This document shows positions 62,658 through 64,000 of a stretch of 64,000 nt of DNA, in pieces (the stretch's first letter is position 1; each line of letters begins with the position of its first letter). The notes beneath the pieces are model-generated. The model made no database searches, was not told where the DNA came from, and worked only from the letters and a program-made list of their open reading frames with translations. This stretch comes from an uncultured Gemmatimonadales bacterium (GTDB taxonomy: Bacteria > Gemmatimonadota > Gemmatimonadetes > Longimicrobiales > Longimicrobiaceae), in contig OY970303.1 of assembly GCA_963716255.1 (NCBI GenBank), positions 6,560,001-6,624,000 on the forward strand, written 5' to 3'. The position numbers were made by a program, and so were the translations under genes.

Positions 62658-64000
62658 TCACAGGAAGGTGTACACGTTGACGGCTTCCGCCGCGGCCCGC
62701 CGCTTCGTGTTGCGGGCCCCGAGCATCGCGATGAGATGGGTCCAGGCGGCCGGCTCGATGCCCCGGTCCACGACGTAGTCCTCGATGACGAGCGTGTCGA
62801 TGTTCGAGATGGCGAAGGTCCAGATGGCGTCCACGGGATCGAGGACGATTGGATCGCCGCGAAGGTTGAACGACGTGTTGAGGAGGATGGGACAGTCGGT
62901 GAGCCGATCGAACTCCACGAGGAGGGCGTGGAAGCGGGGGTTCGCGTCCTTGCCGACCGTCTGCACCCTGGCGGAGCCGTCGACGTGAGTGACCGCCGGC
63001 AGGGACAGCGGAGACGTGACGCGGCATGTCTCCAGCATGTACGGGGAGGGGTACGGCAGGTCGAAGTGTTCGGACATCTTCGACTGGAGCACCGCTGGCG
63101 CGAAGGGCCGGAACGCTTCGCGCATCTTGACCAGAGCGTTGATGCGGTCGCGCATCTCCGGGCGCCTCGGATCAGCGAGGATGGAGCGGGCCCCGAGCGC
63201 CCGTGCCCCGAACTCCATGCGCCCCTGGAACCACCCGATGACTTTTCCGTCGGCCAGGCGCTCGACCGTCGCCCGGATGAGTCCGGGCTGGTCTCCAGTG
63301 TAGTCGAGCACCGCTTCGCGAAGAGGGCTGTTGTGGATGAGCTGGGAGACCTGCTGGTTCGAGTAGCTCGGCCCGAGATACACGTGCCGGAGCGGCTCCG
63401 TGGAGGGACGGCTCCCGGTCCGCCGAACGCACGCGACGGCGGCCGCCCCGAGCGCCCCGCCCGCGTCGCTGGCCGCCGGCTGCACGAACAGGTTGGCGAA
63501 CGGCCCCTCGCGGTGGATCCTCCCGTTCGCGACGCAGTTGAGGGCGACCCCGCCGGCCATGCACAGGTGATCGCCGGGGTGGCGCCGGTGAAGGTAGCGC
63601 ACCTTCTCGAGGAGGATCTCCTCCAGAACGACCTGGACGCTCGACGCAACGTCCTTGTGGAACTGCGACAGCTCCGACTCGGCGACCCGGGGGGGCTGGC
63701 CGAACAGCTGGCACAGGCGGTCCGAGTACATCCGGTCCCGGCCCAGGTAGTCGAAGTAGCTCATGTCGAGGCGGTACTGGCCGCCCGCCTGCACCTCGAC
63801 GAGCTTCCGGACCCTGTCGGCATACCTGGGCTCGCCGTACGGCGCGAGCCCCATGACCTTGTATTCCGCGTCGTTCACGTCGAAGCCCAGGTAGCCCGTG
63901 ATCCCACTGTAGAGGAGACCCAGGGAATGGGGGAACTCCACCTCCTCGAACAGGTCGATCAAGTCTCCAGCCGCGTGGCCGTAGGTCGTGGTGGCCCACT
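62658..64000 (-). CDS. Carbamoyltransferase, NodU/CmcH/TobZ family (5'-truncated at the window edge)
   Basis: EWATT, HSLGLLYS, EYKVMGLAPYG, AGGVALNCVANG, GRMEFGARALGARS, REAFRPFAP, HVDGSARVQ, LLNTSFN; frame open to the window end. Confidence 0.95.
   Translation of the reverse strand, partial: WATTTYGHAAGDLIDLFEEVEFPHSLGLLYSGITGYLGFDVNDAEYKVMGLAPYGEPRYADRVRKLVEVQAGGQYRLDMSYFDYLGRDRMYSDRLCQLFGQPPRVAESELSQFHKDVASSVQVVLEEILLEKVRYLHRRHPGDHLCMAGGVALNCVANGRIHREGPFANLFVQPAASDAGGALGAAAVACVRRTGSRPSTEPLRHVYLGPSYSNQQVSQLIHNSPLREAVLDYTGDQPGLIRATVERLADGKVIGWFQGRMEFGARALGARSILADPRRPEMRDRINALVKMREAFRPFAPAVLQSKMSEHFDLPYPSPYMLETCRVTSPLSLPAVTHVDGSARVQTVGKDANPRFHALLVEFDRLTDCPILLNTSFNLRGDPIVLDPVDAIWTFAISNIDTLVIEDYVVDRGIEPAAWTHLIAMLGARNTKRRAAAEAVNVYTFL

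Noticed and set aside
60265..62778. 837-aa plus-strand ORF
   Set aside because: Antisense shadow of the SGNH-motif gene.
62641..63027. Long N-terminal extension of the 823-aa minus-strand ORF
   Set aside because: It overlaps the carbamoyltransferase. GTG 62640 with a GGAG RBS is the more plausible start.

Overview
The window is almost entirely one very large, GC-rich non-ribosomal peptide (NRPS) biosynthesis locus. (1) <1-30399 (+): a 5'-truncated NRPS of more than 10,100 aa with 9 modules. By-eye A-domain codes give X(Ala-clade)-Gly-N-Me-Thr-Asp-D-(allo)Ile-Thr-X-(basic aa)-Thr, ending in a T domain and an acidic docking tail. (2) 31935-54045 (+): an NRPS-PKS hybrid of about 7370 aa: C-A(basic aa)-T-KS-AT-degenerate KR-ACP, then Ala-like, Ala-like, N-Me-Leu and X modules and a TE. 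It is broken by the same 1-nt loss (G7 instead of G8) in both copies of a duplicated module. (3) 55083-60479 (+): a FAAL-ACP-C-A(Asn)-T lipo-initiation gene. (4) On the minus strand, a NodU/CmcH-type carbamoyltransferase (5'-truncated) followed by an SGNH-motif protein. The most unusual non-standard feature is a pair of about 487-bp direct repeats, each a 3' fragment of queG (epoxyqueuosine reductase). They lie just downstream of each giant gene and bracket the whole 23.6-kb hybrid NRPS-PKS unit like a cassette. Several module duplication and recombination scars are also visible. The style is reminiscent of Gemmatimonadota/myxobacteria-like NRPS loci, but the taxonomy is a guess. No integrase, MbtH, transporter, RNA gene or CRISPR array was seen. 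Domain boundaries are approximate and substrate calls come from manual alignment to GrsA numbering.
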